Below are positions 47,001 to 58,700 of a DNA stretch of 64,000 bases, in pieces. The translations under genes were made by a program, and so were the position numbers. The DNA is from a virus (Duplodnaviria > Caudoviricetes), in the IMG/VR virus record IMGVR_UViG_3300014205_000187, positions 32,001-96,000 of that record. The stretch is one strand, 5' to 3'. Position 1 is the stretch's first letter; each line of letters opens with the position of its first letter. The notes under the pieces were generated by a model that ran no database searches, was not told the origin of the DNA, and saw only the letters and a list, made by a program, of their open reading frames with translations.

Positions 47001-47504
47001 ATCCCAGCTAGTTTTTCGTGGTCCCAAACAATAGGTGCCCCTGCTGGAACACGTCAAGATTTAGGTTCGTCCGGGAATCTCATGAATTTCAAAAACGTCG
47101 ATTCAATAGGCACCAGTGACTATTCTCAGTACCCAGTGCCAGCAGGTAGTAACTCTTACGAGGTTTGGCTACAAGCTCATTTTACGGGAACTTTCAACTC
47201 GATCTATGATTTGAGGTTCTGGATGAGCACAGACTTCAGCCCCAACACAGGGCTGACCGTCAAAGTGAAGGCCAATCAGCAGTCCTACAATCAGCCCTCC
47301 AACGCAACGTCCTCGATTGCAACATCTACCATTAGCACGAGTGACCCTGGAACAGCAAACGTGAGTGTGGCTGGAAATCTTACCAGCTCTATCACTACGT
47401 CCGGCTATACAGACTATATCGTGCTTCAGTTGCAAACAACGACAGCGGCTCCGGCTGGTGATACGAGTTTGGCTACATTCAGTCTCTCATATATCGAGAC
47501 CTGA
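47001..47504 (+). CDS. Virion structural protein, probable ATC start (ORF track start 47082)
   Basis: In-frame N-terminal extension IPASFSWSQTIGAPAG...; Ser/Thr-rich beta protein. Confidence 0.6.
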   Translation: MPASFSWSQTIGAPAGTRQDLGSSGNLMNFKNVDSIGTSDYSQYPVPAGSNSYEVWLQAHFTGTFNSIYDLRFWMSTDFSPNTGLTVKVKANQQSYNQPSNATSSIATSTISTSDPGTANVSVAGNLTSSITTSGYTDYIVLQLQTTTAAPAGDTSLATFSLSYIET

Positions 47505-47535
47505 TACCGTTTTATTCTAATTATTAGAGGCAACA

Positions 47536-48327
47536 ATGATTCAAAACGCAACACAAGTAGTAGACAGTGCCGACAAACTTGTGGAGTTCAGAGACGACCT
47601 GCGACAACCAAAAATTGTTTTTGGTCGTTGTGCTTTAACAGGTGAATGGGGCAAGTGCGTGGCTCTCGATCTTGGAGACATCTGTATTCAGGCTCCAGAT
47701 ACAGAGAACGGTGTCACAAAAGATGAAGAAACTGGAGAGTTTACTTTTGAATACTGGAAGCCAGTTACATTTGAGAATCAAATAACCCTCAGTGAATCTG
47801 GTTTGAAAATGATCTTGGCGTATGCGGAATCCCAAGATAATCCCATCCCATCTATATCTCCAGAATTGCTGTATAAATGGCAGGTGAGTTACGATGACGG
47901 CTCTGCTCTTACTCAATATAGATTCAACCCAGAAACAAGCCAAGAAGAAGAGGTCAACTCTAAAGAAATCGATTTTGCGAGAATTGCTCAACTTACGGTA
48001 CTTCCTCGGTACCCTGGGGACACTACCCTGCCAACTTTTACACTCGTAAAAGAGACAGGTAAGTTTTTCAAAGACGGCTCTGAAATCGATCTCATGTATG
48101 ATGGAGCTTATTTACCCGAGGCAGATATTGTCTATGCACGAAAAATGACACATACCTGGGGGTCTCAGATTAACGGGCTTGACCGAGGAATTACGACTAC
48201 GCATACAACAGTTTTGCAACTATTAGGTTGGAAAGTAGGAGGTCTTAAAGGTCCCGGACCCGGCTGTATCATTGCAATAGACGATAGAGGGAATTGGAGA
48301 CCTTGGGAATACGAGTATGGCGACTGA
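47536..48327 (+). CDS. Hypothetical phage protein
   Basis: W...YDDG..L.Q motif; in operon. Confidence 0.65.
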   Translation: MIQNATQVVDSADKLVEFRDDLRQPKIVFGRCALTGEWGKCVALDLGDICIQAPDTENGVTKDEETGEFTFEYWKPVTFENQITLSESGLKMILAYAESQDNPIPSISPELLYKWQVSYDDGSALTQYRFNPETSQEEEVNSKEIDFARIAQLTVLPRYPGDTTLPTFTLVKETGKFFKDGSEIDLMYDGAYLPEADIVYARKMTHTWGSQINGLDRGITTTHTTVLQLLGWKVGGLKGPGPGCIIAIDDRGNWRPWEYEYGD

Positions 48328-48901
48328 TTTTCCAACCAGTTTAGATACCTTATTAAATCCAACAGCATCAGACCCGTTGGACAACGATACTCCAGGGTTA
48401 AAACACGCCACACAACATGACAACGCTAACGATGCTATTGAAGCTATTGAAGCTAAAGTAGGTATCGATGGTTCTGCTGTAGCAACCAGTCTCGACTACA
48501 AAAGTCGCAATGGCAGCTTTATACGAAAAACAGAGAATGTGGCAACTGATAGTCTGGCATCTGCGGCCACAGATAATACTAAAGTATTATCAATAGGTAA
48601 AGGTTGTCTTTTAGTCAAACTGGAGACCGATTATCCTGCCTGGGTTCGTATATATTCATCTCAAGCTGCTCAGACAGCCGATGCCAGCAGAGCCAGGACA
48701 ACTGACCCTACAGCAGGGGCAGGAGTGCTGCTAGAGGTCATCACAGTGGCCGGAGCGTTGGCTGTAGGATTGTCTCCAGCGATAGCCGCTTACAGTCTTG
48801 AAGCGTCTCCAGGAACCACTTTATACATTACAGTGACAAACGATGATACCGTCAGCCGAGTAATTACAGTCACCGTGACTGTGATTCCTATTGAGGGATA
48901 A
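48317..48901 (+). CDS. Tail fibre-associated protein
   Basis: FPTSLD, HATQHDNANDAIEAIEAKVG, PAWVRIY. Confidence 0.65.
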   Translation: MATDFPTSLDTLLNPTASDPLDNDTPGLKHATQHDNANDAIEAIEAKVGIDGSAVATSLDYKSRNGSFIRKTENVATDSLASAATDNTKVLSIGKGCLLVKLETDYPAWVRIYSSQAAQTADASRARTTDPTAGAGVLLEVITVAGALAVGLSPAIAAYSLEASPGTTLYITVTNDDTVSRVITVTVTVIPIEG

Positions 48902-48903
48902 AT

Positions 48904-49770
48904 ATGGCTAACACTAATACTTTTCAACAGGCTCCTACCAATACTACAGACGCCACTTTTAGACTCTGGGGAAAGGCTCTCTCTGACGCTTTTGCAGCTG
49001 TAGGCTTGGTTAAAGATACCGATGCTTCTCAAATCGATTGGGCTACCGTACTAAAACCTGGAGCCGGTGCTACTTTTATGGGTTATGAAATATGGAGGTT
49101 CGATGATGCTCTTCAAGCAACATGTCCTGTGTATTTCAAAATCCAATACGGTAGTGGTGGGGTTGCTACTTACCCAGCTATTATTCTTCAAGTAGGTCAG
49201 GGGTCAGATAATGCCGGTAATCTTTTAGGAACCAAATCTACTGCAAATACTGTAGCTTCAGGAGCCGCAAACGCTACTTCTTATAGTTGTTTTATAAGTA
49301 GTGATAAAAGCCGTGTAAGTATAGCCATGTTTACAGGGTCAGCAGGTAATATACCCTGGGGATTTTATATTGAACGCCTTAAAAATGACAGTGGAATCAA
49401 CATAGCCACAGGAGTAAATATAGTCACATGCAGCACTGTAAGCACAGCACAATATCTTCCGTTGTCTGGTGCTGCCTATCCTGCTACTCCTATGGCGACC
49501 CCGCAAAGTGCTTTACCTTCTACAGGTCAAGCCAGTTATGGAAATAATATAGGTGTGTTTCCTATCTATCCTAATATCGGGTATGCTGGAAATCCCGATC
49601 TAGGCGCAATGATCTATTTCACAGGAGACATATCTGCACCAGGGTCTATGCTTACTGTAAATATCTATGGAGCAGATCATATTTATGTGACGTTAGGAGC
49701 CAACACCGGCTCAACATCTTCTTATAATGGCAATTCAACATCTCATAGTTTAGCTTTCAGGTATGAATAA
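48904..49770 (+). CDS. Minor tail/fibre protein
   Basis: QIDW, GYEIWRFDDALQAT.PV..KIQYG. Confidence 0.65.
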   Translation: MANTNTFQQAPTNTTDATFRLWGKALSDAFAAVGLVKDTDASQIDWATVLKPGAGATFMGYEIWRFDDALQATCPVYFKIQYGSGGVATYPAIILQVGQGSDNAGNLLGTKSTANTVASGAANATSYSCFISSDKSRVSIAMFTGSAGNIPWGFYIERLKNDSGINIATGVNIVTCSTVSTAQYLPLSGAAYPATPMATPQSALPSTGQASYGNNIGVFPIYPNIGYAGNPDLGAMIYFTGDISAPGSMLTVNIYGADHIYVTLGANTGSTSSYNGNSTSHSLAFRYE

Positions 49771-49946
49771 TGGCAACTCAAACCACCACAGGAAAATCTA
49801 AAATAGCCGGACGATATATAGGCGGTCTAAGCAACGTCAGTAAAATGGCACGAGTAACTCGAATCATAAATGTAGGTATTCGAGTATCTGGTGGAGGCAG
49901 CGCACGTCCTACTTCTGGACAAGTATGGCCTAGAGGAGTGAGTTAG
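49770..49946 (+). CDS. 58-aa minor tail protein (absent from ORF track)
   Basis: MATQTTTGK...RPTSGQVWPRGVS; TAATG-coupled to the upstream gene and fills the gap. Confidence 0.7.
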   Translation: MATQTTTGKSKIAGRYIGGLSNVSKMARVTRIINVGIRVSGGGSARPTSGQVWPRGVS

Positions 49947-49950
49947 TAAG

Positions 49951-50823
49951 GTGATCTACAATGAAGCTGATCTACTTTACAACGCCAATATAAGCTATAA
50001 CGGTAATCTTAATGTAACCGTTCAATCTTTCGGTGCCAAAGTCAGAATCATAGCCCAACAAACCAAGACCCTTTCTGCTCAATCCAACATTCAGTATAAT
50101 AGAACTACTCCGATTTTCACTGCTCAAAGTAGAATCTTAGCTCAACAAACCAGAACTCTTTCAACACGATCACGCCTTAAAAAAACCATAAACCAGTCAA
50201 TCGGTGCTCACAGCTTTATACGAGGCTATCAACTCAAAACCTTAGTTGCAAAAGCAAATATCCAAGTAACTTACCACTTCACCGCCAAAGGACGAGTCAA
50301 TCCCACTATTTCTGGTCGAGTCCGTATTCTGCGATACCAGGGCTGGCCTATAGTGGAAACCGAAGACCCTGGATATTTCTTATTCACAGACACCAGACTT
50401 TATAGTAGAGCCAACATATACCGATATTTAGCTCAACCCACATATCTTCTTCGAGCACTTGGAAGAGTGACATACGCAAAGACCTTGGAAATGACGGCTA
50501 AAGCACGAATTAACACCGGACAGAAACTCTCTATTCGTGCCAATATCCTACCGAGATTCTTTTCAACCCATGTTACTGCTCAATTTAGCATTCAACGAGT
50601 GGTAAGTAGCTCCGTTCGTATGGTATTCTATATGCAGGGACTCTACACCGGGCAAACTCTTACAGCAAAAGCTCGAATAGTGAAAACCAGCCAAACCAGA
50701 GTAACTGGACATTTCATGGTCCCGACACAGCCTGTTTTGATAAACAACATTTTAAGTATAGATGACCCTGTAACAATGGCTCGGTCGAAACAAACACTTT
50801 CGCTTCGAGCAAGGATAGTCTAA
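49951..50823 (+). CDS. Repeat-rich tail fibre/shaft protein
   Basis: Repeated L-x-A-(K/R)-A-(R/N)-I units; GAGGAG SD. Confidence 0.6.
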   Translation: MIYNEADLLYNANISYNGNLNVTVQSFGAKVRIIAQQTKTLSAQSNIQYNRTTPIFTAQSRILAQQTRTLSTRSRLKKTINQSIGAHSFIRGYQLKTLVAKANIQVTYHFTAKGRVNPTISGRVRILRYQGWPIVETEDPGYFLFTDTRLYSRANIYRYLAQPTYLLRALGRVTYAKTLEMTAKARINTGQKLSIRANILPRFFSTHVTAQFSIQRVVSSSVRMVFYMQGLYTGQTLTAKARIVKTSQTRVTGHFMVPTQPVLINNILSIDDPVTMARSKQTLSLRARIV

Positions 50824-53456
50824 TGGCAGTTATCGATCTTCAACGAAATCATGTAGGTATACAAACTTTTGAAACCAAGTTCGGTGAAAATCTTATGGCC
50901 GGGCGTGGTAGTTTTTTACAACACACAGACGGATATATGTACTGTGTTTTTGCGCGTAATATAACTGACTATCCTTTTGAAAGATTACTTTTTTATACTC
51001 GATCAAATGATGATGGAGTTACATGGTCTGATGCTGTCCAACTTACACTTTCAGGAGTTGGAAATTGGGATGACGAACCTTCTATAGCTCAACTTGACCC
51101 TACAGATATAGACTCCGAAATAGCAGTAGTCTATCGAAACGGGTATTATGATGATGGGCCTCAAAATACTTATGACTACATACGACGATTTACATTTAAT
51201 AAAGAAACTGGAGAAGCTACATCTCCGTTTGACGCTATATCAACAGGAAGTGGCGCAGACGGCTTATTTTTAAGTTTAGTAAAGTTTTACTGGGGTTGGA
51301 AAGTTTTTGCTTTGAATGCCACTTTCAACAATGCTAGGTCTATCATAGTCTATACTACTACTCAATTTTTTACAGATAATGCATGGACACAAAGCTCGTT
51401 AAGTAATGAGTTTCCTATAAGCAGTGAAGCTCTAGGAATGAGTATTAAAACTCTTTCAAATGGGCACTTAATGATGGTTATTACTTATAGAACAGCTTTG
51501 AACGGTCTAGCCGCTATAGGGGGTATATCAAATCTTCCAAGTGGTATACTTCGTTGTGATGTGGGTGTTAAGTTTTCTGACGATGAAGGTGAGACTTGGA
51601 CAGCTATTCAAAAACTTACTAATTATACAGGAACAACTAATTTAGATTTAGTAGGAACCGACAGTGTAGCTTCTGCTGATTTTACTCAATTATCTGACGA
51701 TAAAATAGCTGTCGGATACCAAGAACACACTGCACCTCAAGTTATAAATGTAAATACTGCTCTTGCAATGACTGCATCTGGATATTCTAAAGTAGCTTAT
51801 TACCACACTGCAAAAAACGCTTTATTTTTAGCCGGGGGGGGAGCCTTAGACGGCAATGAAACTAATGCCGGTGTATTTTATGTAGATTTAACTAACCAAA
51901 CAGTTCTTAGATTATGTACAACCAGCAGTCCTGCTTTATGGAAAAATGGTGTAAACTTTCTGGATGTAAGTCCTGACGGTAATTATTTAGCTATAGGACT
52001 TAGAACAGGAGGTATACACATTATAGACATCAGTGCCTCTGACCCAGATGACTGGGTTAGTGTTAAAGAATTGAGAACTACATCGTCTCCTGCTGTTTTG
52101 TCAGACAGCATACACATGATTCGTTGGGTCAACAACGATCAGGTAGCTTTTACCTACGTTACCCAACAAACATACTGTGGTGGTATTTATAAAATCAGTA
52201 CAGATACTATTACAGCTATAAATATATCGGGGGGTAATACTAATCAATCGTTTGTTACTCAAAATAATCATATAATAATAATAACTAACTCTTATATTAG
52301 AAAAATAGACCCCGATACAGGTAGTATACTTTATTATCTAAACACTACTTTTATACAACTAACAGATATTTACTACGATTCAATCCTAAATTATTATATA
52401 GTAAGTAGGTATGACACTACTATTTGGATTGAAGATACTGGCAGCGCATTCAATCAACTTCTATACTATGATTCTACTACAACTCCTAAAATTATAAGAA
52501 ACTATGGTATAGGTTACATAAATGGCCGTGGTATTGTTTTTGCAGCCGGAATGACTGCACTACACGCAGGGTATCGTTTAGCATGGTTAAGTAACTTTAA
52601 TTCTTCTTTCCAAGGATGTAGAACATGGGTCAATGACCTTCATTTAGGAGAAAACTTCGATACTGGAATGAATCTTCAATTCGCCAGAGACATCAAACCG
52701 GGTTGGCTATGTTTAGGGTCTTCTTCTCAGTACATTTTCTTAAACCTATACAAAACAGGTAGACTTAGATATGGGGTATTTACCTATGACGCAGTGAACA
52801 AAACCCTTATTACTAGCGGTGTAGATTTCTATGATGTATGTAATGAAATCAAATTAAGCACCGATGTGATTAACCGGCTTCAATTTCCTGCAATGGGGCG
52901 AGATGCTGATGATCGCATATATTTTTATATATCTAAGTTTAACGTATACAGCGATGGTAACGAGTTTGCTGCTCTTATAGGAACTGTAGACCCTGATGTA
53001 AAAAAAACTACCATGATGGCTCGTATTTTAAGTAATTACACGGCTCCTATGCAAAGTAGGACTCGAGTACGCAATACTTACACCGTCAACTTAGACGCTC
53101 GAATGCGAATAGTTTTCGCTCAGTGCATCAAAGCCAAAGCTCGAATAGTTCCAGTAAACGTGGTAACAATGACAAGCAAAGCAGCCATTCAAAACTGGAA
53201 ATCGAACATAGTTGTAGGCAGTTTTAATGTCCAGCAAACAGGCAGAACAGCTACTATAAGATTGCAATTCTGGTCAAACACTGGCTATAATAGTTTTCAG
53301 AGTCTCCAGGCCAAAGCTCGTATTGTGAAAACTTCTACATGTCGAGTCACCGGCCATTTCATCATTCCGGCTGTAGGACTTGGTAATCTAATCAACTTCT
53401 CCGGGGTATCTAAGTCTAAACAGATACTATCACTGAGAGCATGTATAAGTAAATGA
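50823..53456 (+). CDS. Putative receptor-binding protein (BNR/Asp-box beta-propeller with repeat C-terminus)
   Basis: SNDDGVTW and SDDEGETW Asp-boxes; VSPDGNYLA; AKARI repeats. Confidence 0.65.
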   Translation: MAVIDLQRNHVGIQTFETKFGENLMAGRGSFLQHTDGYMYCVFARNITDYPFERLLFYTRSNDDGVTWSDAVQLTLSGVGNWDDEPSIAQLDPTDIDSEIAVVYRNGYYDDGPQNTYDYIRRFTFNKETGEATSPFDAISTGSGADGLFLSLVKFYWGWKVFALNATFNNARSIIVYTTTQFFTDNAWTQSSLSNEFPISSEALGMSIKTLSNGHLMMVITYRTALNGLAAIGGISNLPSGILRCDVGVKFSDDEGETWTAIQKLTNYTGTTNLDLVGTDSVASADFTQLSDDKIAVGYQEHTAPQVINVNTALAMTASGYSKVAYYHTAKNALFLAGGGALDGNETNAGVFYVDLTNQTVLRLCTTSSPALWKNGVNFLDVSPDGNYLAIGLRTGGIHIIDISASDPDDWVSVKELRTTSSPAVLSDSIHMIRWVNNDQVAFTYVTQQTYCGGIYKISTDTITAINISGGNTNQSFVTQNNHIIIITNSYIRKIDPDTGSILYYLNTTFIQLTDIYYDSILNYYIVSRYDTTIWIEDTGSAFNQLLYYDSTTTPKIIRNYGIGYINGRGIVFAAGMTALHAGYRLAWLSNFNSSFQGCRTWVNDLHLGENFDTGMNLQFARDIKPGWLCLGSSSQYIFLNLYKTGRLRYGVFTYDAVNKTLITSGVDFYDVCNEIKLSTDVINRLQFPAMGRDADDRIYFYISKFNVYSDGNEFAALIGTVDPDVKKTTMMARILSNYTAPMQSRTRVRNTYTVNLDARMRIVFAQCIKAKARIVPVNVVTMTSKAAIQNWKSNIVVGSFNVQQTGRTATIRLQFWSNTGYNSFQSLQAKARIVKTSTCRVTGHFIIPAVGLGNLINFSGVSKSKQILSLRACISK

Positions 53457-55552
53457 GCACTCTGAATATAGAGCAGGTTAAAATCACTGACAATATCTCC
53501 GAAAGAGCCAAAACATGCACAGTACTTCTGGCTCCTGAAGAACGAGTACCTGCTCCCACGGCTGAGTTTTCATACCCTGGTGATGTTCTACAACTCACCG
53601 GGACATCCATTCGACCCACAGGAACAGTTATCAATATCGATACCAGTTTCGGCTCTGTGCCCTCTCACACTATTTTTAGCGGAGCCATTGAAACGATGGA
53701 TGATTTGACAGACCCAGACAAGTATAACTACACCATCGTATTATCGAACACACCGGCCAACCAAAAACATCGAAACAAAATAACGAAGATATACAACCAA
53801 CAAAGCTATCCAAACTGTCCTGCTGACATGACCACAGTTCATGCCATCATAAAAGACTGCTGCCGGATAGCCGGTATACCCTTCGGTCGATGTGATCTGC
53901 CTAATTTGAATGTCTGGGGCACGTTCGAGGTCATCCGAAAAAACCCCGCAGAGGTCGCCGAAGAACTTTGTCAACCGTTCAATCTATTCGAGTATCGGCA
54001 TTACTTCGTTCGTATAGACGAGACCAACGGGCTTTCCGTCATCGGTATAGACTACACCGAAGGTGGCAAAGTTACAAACACGTATGCTCTCCAAAATATC
54101 GAAAACTGCAATAGAAGTTATGAACGCTATATGCCTGAAAACAGACTCGGAGATGGAAATATAATCTTAACCGGCTGCGATGTTTATGGTGAAGACCCTT
54201 ACATTACAACAGTCATAAATAATGATACTCTCGGAGACGAAAATACTAGACCTGCGGACAAAATTGGTATTTCAGTCTGCACCAAAGAATATACCCAAGA
54301 TTCCAGAAATGTGGGAAATCCTGAAAATGGTGGCTCTGGATTAGACCAGTATAGCATCACCACAACTATTATAGAGTTCGTTATCCAAGTAACTGTAGAA
54401 GCTACCTGGGATGCCATAATGGGTTGGTGGACATACCCCAGTATCCCTCCAGACGGCACTATCGATAGTTTGATCGTGGCTCTTTCAACAGGTGAGGTGA
54501 AGTCTGTCAGTATCATGGAATCCAATGTAATCTCTTCTCATGAAGAACAGTGGTCATCAGCCGGAGCCGCAGACCCCAGCAGTGGTGGGGGATTACTTCA
54601 AACCGTAGATACTTCTATTTTTTATGAACAAAAACGCTTTCCTCGGCATATTTATAAAGCCACGGACTACATCGCTCATGTGCCTATAAGAGAGGAAGTT
54701 TTAACCTGCGTCTATCCGAAAAATGAGGCTTACACAAGAAACCTGTCAAAAAGGTATTACAACTATTCTGATACCGGAGTCCATATCGGGACCACAACTC
54801 AGTTGTATAACAATCTCAAAGGTAGTTGGATACTGGTTTCTACGCAAACAAATACAGAAAACTCACCTTCTTTGACCAGTGCAGCTCTCCAATACGCAGC
54901 AGATCAACAAGCACAAATCGCAGAAGAATTAGACGCTGCTCAAGCTGCGACTGCCAACAATAAAAAAACATTCACTATTCTGCCTACAAGTGTGGGAGAT
55001 AATAACGCATTCAATGGTCAGCGTAGAGCAACATTCTCTGTTATCGGCAAACACAAGCTCATTAACGGCATTCCTCAGCCCATCACAAACATACCAGCGC
55101 GTGTAGGGCAGACCAATCTTACCGGAAAATATGGTGCGCCGCTTTCATCTTATCCAATGAAAGCCAGTAGTTTACCTACATGGGTAACAAGTCTCGGTCT
55201 TACTTGGTTATCCAATCAGTATAGACAACTTCCAGGAAACACGATTATAGACCCTACATCAGCTCAATTTGAACAAGAACAAGCTGAACGAAACGCTTTT
55301 CATATCAGTGTGCCTTGGATGGATTTGGCCGGACTCCAATATCTTTGGGGAATGTGTCTGCGTCAACGCGCTCTCGAACATCTAAGCCCATATTGGGATA
55401 AAGTCAAAGCCACATGCTCTATCGATACCAGCCCAACTGCCGGAGAATCTCTAGTGGTTCAAGGTAGTGGAGGCATCTGCGAAATCGCAGAACATATCTT
55501 AACCGAAAATGACGCTATAACGACTGTGGCTGTAAAAAGACTCATCGTTTAG
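53453..55552 (+). CDS. Tail tip/hub protein
   Basis: IFSGAIE; position in the tail module. Confidence 0.55.
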   Translation: MSTLNIEQVKITDNISERAKTCTVLLAPEERVPAPTAEFSYPGDVLQLTGTSIRPTGTVINIDTSFGSVPSHTIFSGAIETMDDLTDPDKYNYTIVLSNTPANQKHRNKITKIYNQQSYPNCPADMTTVHAIIKDCCRIAGIPFGRCDLPNLNVWGTFEVIRKNPAEVAEELCQPFNLFEYRHYFVRIDETNGLSVIGIDYTEGGKVTNTYALQNIENCNRSYERYMPENRLGDGNIILTGCDVYGEDPYITTVINNDTLGDENTRPADKIGISVCTKEYTQDSRNVGNPENGGSGLDQYSITTTIIEFVIQVTVEATWDAIMGWWTYPSIPPDGTIDSLIVALSTGEVKSVSIMESNVISSHEEQWSSAGAADPSSGGGLLQTVDTSIFYEQKRFPRHIYKATDYIAHVPIREEVLTCVYPKNEAYTRNLSKRYYNYSDTGVHIGTTTQLYNNLKGSWILVSTQTNTENSPSLTSAALQYAADQQAQIAEELDAAQAATANNKKTFTILPTSVGDNNAFNGQRRATFSVIGKHKLINGIPQPITNIPARVGQTNLTGKYGAPLSSYPMKASSLPTWVTSLGLTWLSNQYRQLPGNTIIDPTSAQFEQEQAERNAFHISVPWMDLAGLQYLWGMCLRQRALEHLSPYWDKVKATCSIDTSPTAGESLVVQGSGGICEIAEHILTENDAITTVAVKRLIV

Positions 55553-55561
55553 GAGATACCG

Positions 55562-55762
55562 ATGGCACAAGAAAATCAGTTAATAGACTATGGAACTGTT
55601 ATCGGATTCGATGAGCACAATCCGAACTTTGCCATCATAAGTGACGGCTTTTTTCAGGTTAAAGCATTCGTGCCAAATCAACATGATGTACAGGCATTCA
55701 AAAGCTACCTGGTATACAAAAGAGGTAATACTTATTATCTAGGAGCCGAGGTTTCAACATAA
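55562..55762 (+). CDS. Small beta (OB-like) tail protein
   Basis: AGGAG SD; translationally coupled. Confidence 0.55.
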   Translation: MAQENQLIDYGTVIGFDEHNPNFAIISDGFFQVKAFVPNQHDVQAFKSYLVYKRGNTYYLGAEVST

Positions 55763-58700
55763 TGTCTGCCTGCGCTGAGTTTGAGTGCTTTATCTGTAAT
55801 ATCTGCAAAGAAGGTCGTCCCACTCCTGCGCCTGACTCCGACCATAAACTTCAAAAAACCGGCAAAAATGAAAATGAAAGTGTCCCGTGGCAGTGGGCCG
55901 ATGCTCTTCTGGTGTATGTCCTCGGTAAAATTGCCGATGTCCAAGATAAACAACTCGACATCTACAGCGGGGTCAACGGGTATCATATACGCACAATTCC
56001 TGGAAAACGATGGCGTCAGCCTATTATGGTGGGAGCCGGAGCCAGTCTTGTGGTCGTCGTAGATCGTTTTGAAGACTATGACCAACTTCGTTTCACTGAT
56101 GAGTATGGAGGAGCCACAACAATCGGGTTTGATTCAGACGGGTATCCTTTGGACTCTGTGCAGTGGGATACCTTAACAGATTTGTACACCTATAACATCC
56201 CTATCGGTTATCGAGTCTCAGGCATCTCTATCACGTCCTGGGGTATGTGCATCGCCAATATACAAGGTGTTGACGGCAAAGCCACGTTCATAATGATCGA
56301 TGCCACGGGACATTGTGGATTAGAGTCTGTTTTCAAAACGCACGATCAAGGTCTTATAAACTTCAAAGACCCTTATTGCAACCTGGGACAAATACTTGGT
56401 CCTAGCTGCCAACTAAGCCATAACCCCTCTGAAGATATGTTCTGGAACCTCTGGTTGGTCTCAGGTGTCGAAGATAACGCTGTGATGGCCGTAGACAGCA
56501 TCACAGGCGAGGTTAAGGGGCTTCAGGGACTTCCCACGTCTCCAACACCGATGAGTGCCGTCTTCAGTAACAACATTATCAGCGTCTTATGCGGAGAAAA
56601 CGGCGTAGGAAGCGTTTTGTACAGATTTAACGTAGACCCTAAGCACGGAGCCAATCAGTTCATCTTACGTGGCGCAGAGAGCACTCCAGGCCCCACAAAC
56701 CAAACAATAACTTATGCCCCGTCCTTTCGAGACGACCCTAAACAAGAGAGTCTGCCCGAAAGCAAGCTACCTAAGTACTTAGAAAAAGCTGCTAAAATAA
56801 ATGAATCCAGCAAAGTTGAGGCTGTTCCCTCTACATTCGAGGATATTCCTCGTTATCCTGACGGTAAATCGTCTCAAACACTCAACGAAGATCGGGTATC
56901 TGCGACCACTACTATCGCTGCACCCATGTATGACAATCACAGCGTAGATGCCACCAAGATCGATCTTCCCGCAGACCTGGGAGTTCTTCAAATCGTAGGA
57001 GCTTATGGCACCATTGCAGAACTTTTTGATCGTGGTGGCGACCCCACAAAACCCATTTTTCGTCTTGTTCATGGCACAAGTTATGATTTTATCGTTGATG
57101 GTGGGTTTTCTTATGGCTGTTCGACCTCCAGTGGAGAGTTTCAAGGTGTCACAAATGGTCTTATAGGAGAATCGATAGCTGTAGACAAAAAATACACTTT
57201 AGGCACTCTAAGAGGTCTCGATGTTAAAGCTGCGCTCATCGACAGTAACACTGGAAATATCATATTCAGAGAGCCAAAACCTCAATCAACATATCGAGTT
57301 TATGGAGGAGATTATCCTGCTCTCGACCCTTATATCAGCACCATACAACCTGAGATAGATGCTATTCAAGACGACATCAACAGACTCACCGGCGAAATGC
57401 TGGAAGCTGAATATGATGGCATGGTCACGTATGCTGCCGATTTACAGTCTGAAATAATAATCAATCAGGCGTGGAAATCCAAACTACAGGCTCGATTAAC
57501 AGGTACCAGCGATGTGCTGCGCTCTGGATGTACAAACGACACAGAGGCCATCCTGGAAGTCGTAGACGGCATAGAACGTCTGGAGACGAGTCCCTGGCTC
57601 TCTCCGTGGCTGGACCCTAAACGCAGCACCCCTGGAGGCTCTCCAATAGCAGCTTTCGGAGCCACACCAACAACTTTAGATGATTTCTGGACTTGTTTCG
57701 TCAGAAAACCCAGTAGTCCAAAACAAGTCACCTTGGCTCTTATGCGTAGAAACTGGAGTAGAGTATATACTGAACCTGGAGATATTACAGACACTTTACT
57801 TCCTGAATGGGTATCTAACAACGTAGACCCTATCCAAGAAATAGGCAATTATCAAATGTTTGTCTCTCCAAGAACACCTACAATGTTGACAGAGTATCCA
57901 ATTCAATTTAATTATACATCTCAAGGAGGCTTTTATCCTCTCGGATTTCCCACAAGTAAATACTCTAATTTTGATCGATATAGAGAAGAGATTTCCAGTC
58001 TGAATACCTTTGACGAGGAGTATCAACGACTCATAACAGCAGAACAAGCCAAACCTGAAGCTGAACAAGATACAGCTTTAATAACTCGATACACCGCTTA
58101 TATAGCTGAAAATGCCACACGCAGAGCACAATTAAATATCTGGTTAAGTGGAACCAAAGTAGAAAAGGATTTCTATCATATTTCACGAAGAACTCTAACT
58201 GCCACTTTTCCAAAAATAGATATATCTACAGGGCAAACTCCTGATACAGAAACAGGAATATGGAGTATCACAGACCCTATAACACCTGTTTCTGCATCTG
58301 AAGCAGCCGCAAATAAATGGAAAACTATAGCTGTCGGCACTGATCTCACAAAAAAACGAGGCTGTGTTATTGAACCGGGTCCGTATGCCTGGATTGCCGT
58401 GGCTATCAATCTCAGAGCTGACAGTATGCTTGGACAAGAATTATGGTTATACCCAGAGGCTCGAAGAAACGGTCTGGGTATTAAAGTTGGCGCACTAGAT
58501 TATGAAAGTATGCACCCTGGGTATGTCAGTGCTTTTGGCATTAAAGGAGGCGGTATATATTGTGCTGGATGGCGAGCATCACAGTATGGAGAAGGTGCAT
58601 GGGCATTCTGGGAGTGGGGTGTCGATTTTGGAGGAGCTGCTGTTGACGAAACCTCCCCGGCACATATTCAATTGGCGGCTCCTTCAGATGCAAAAGAAAC

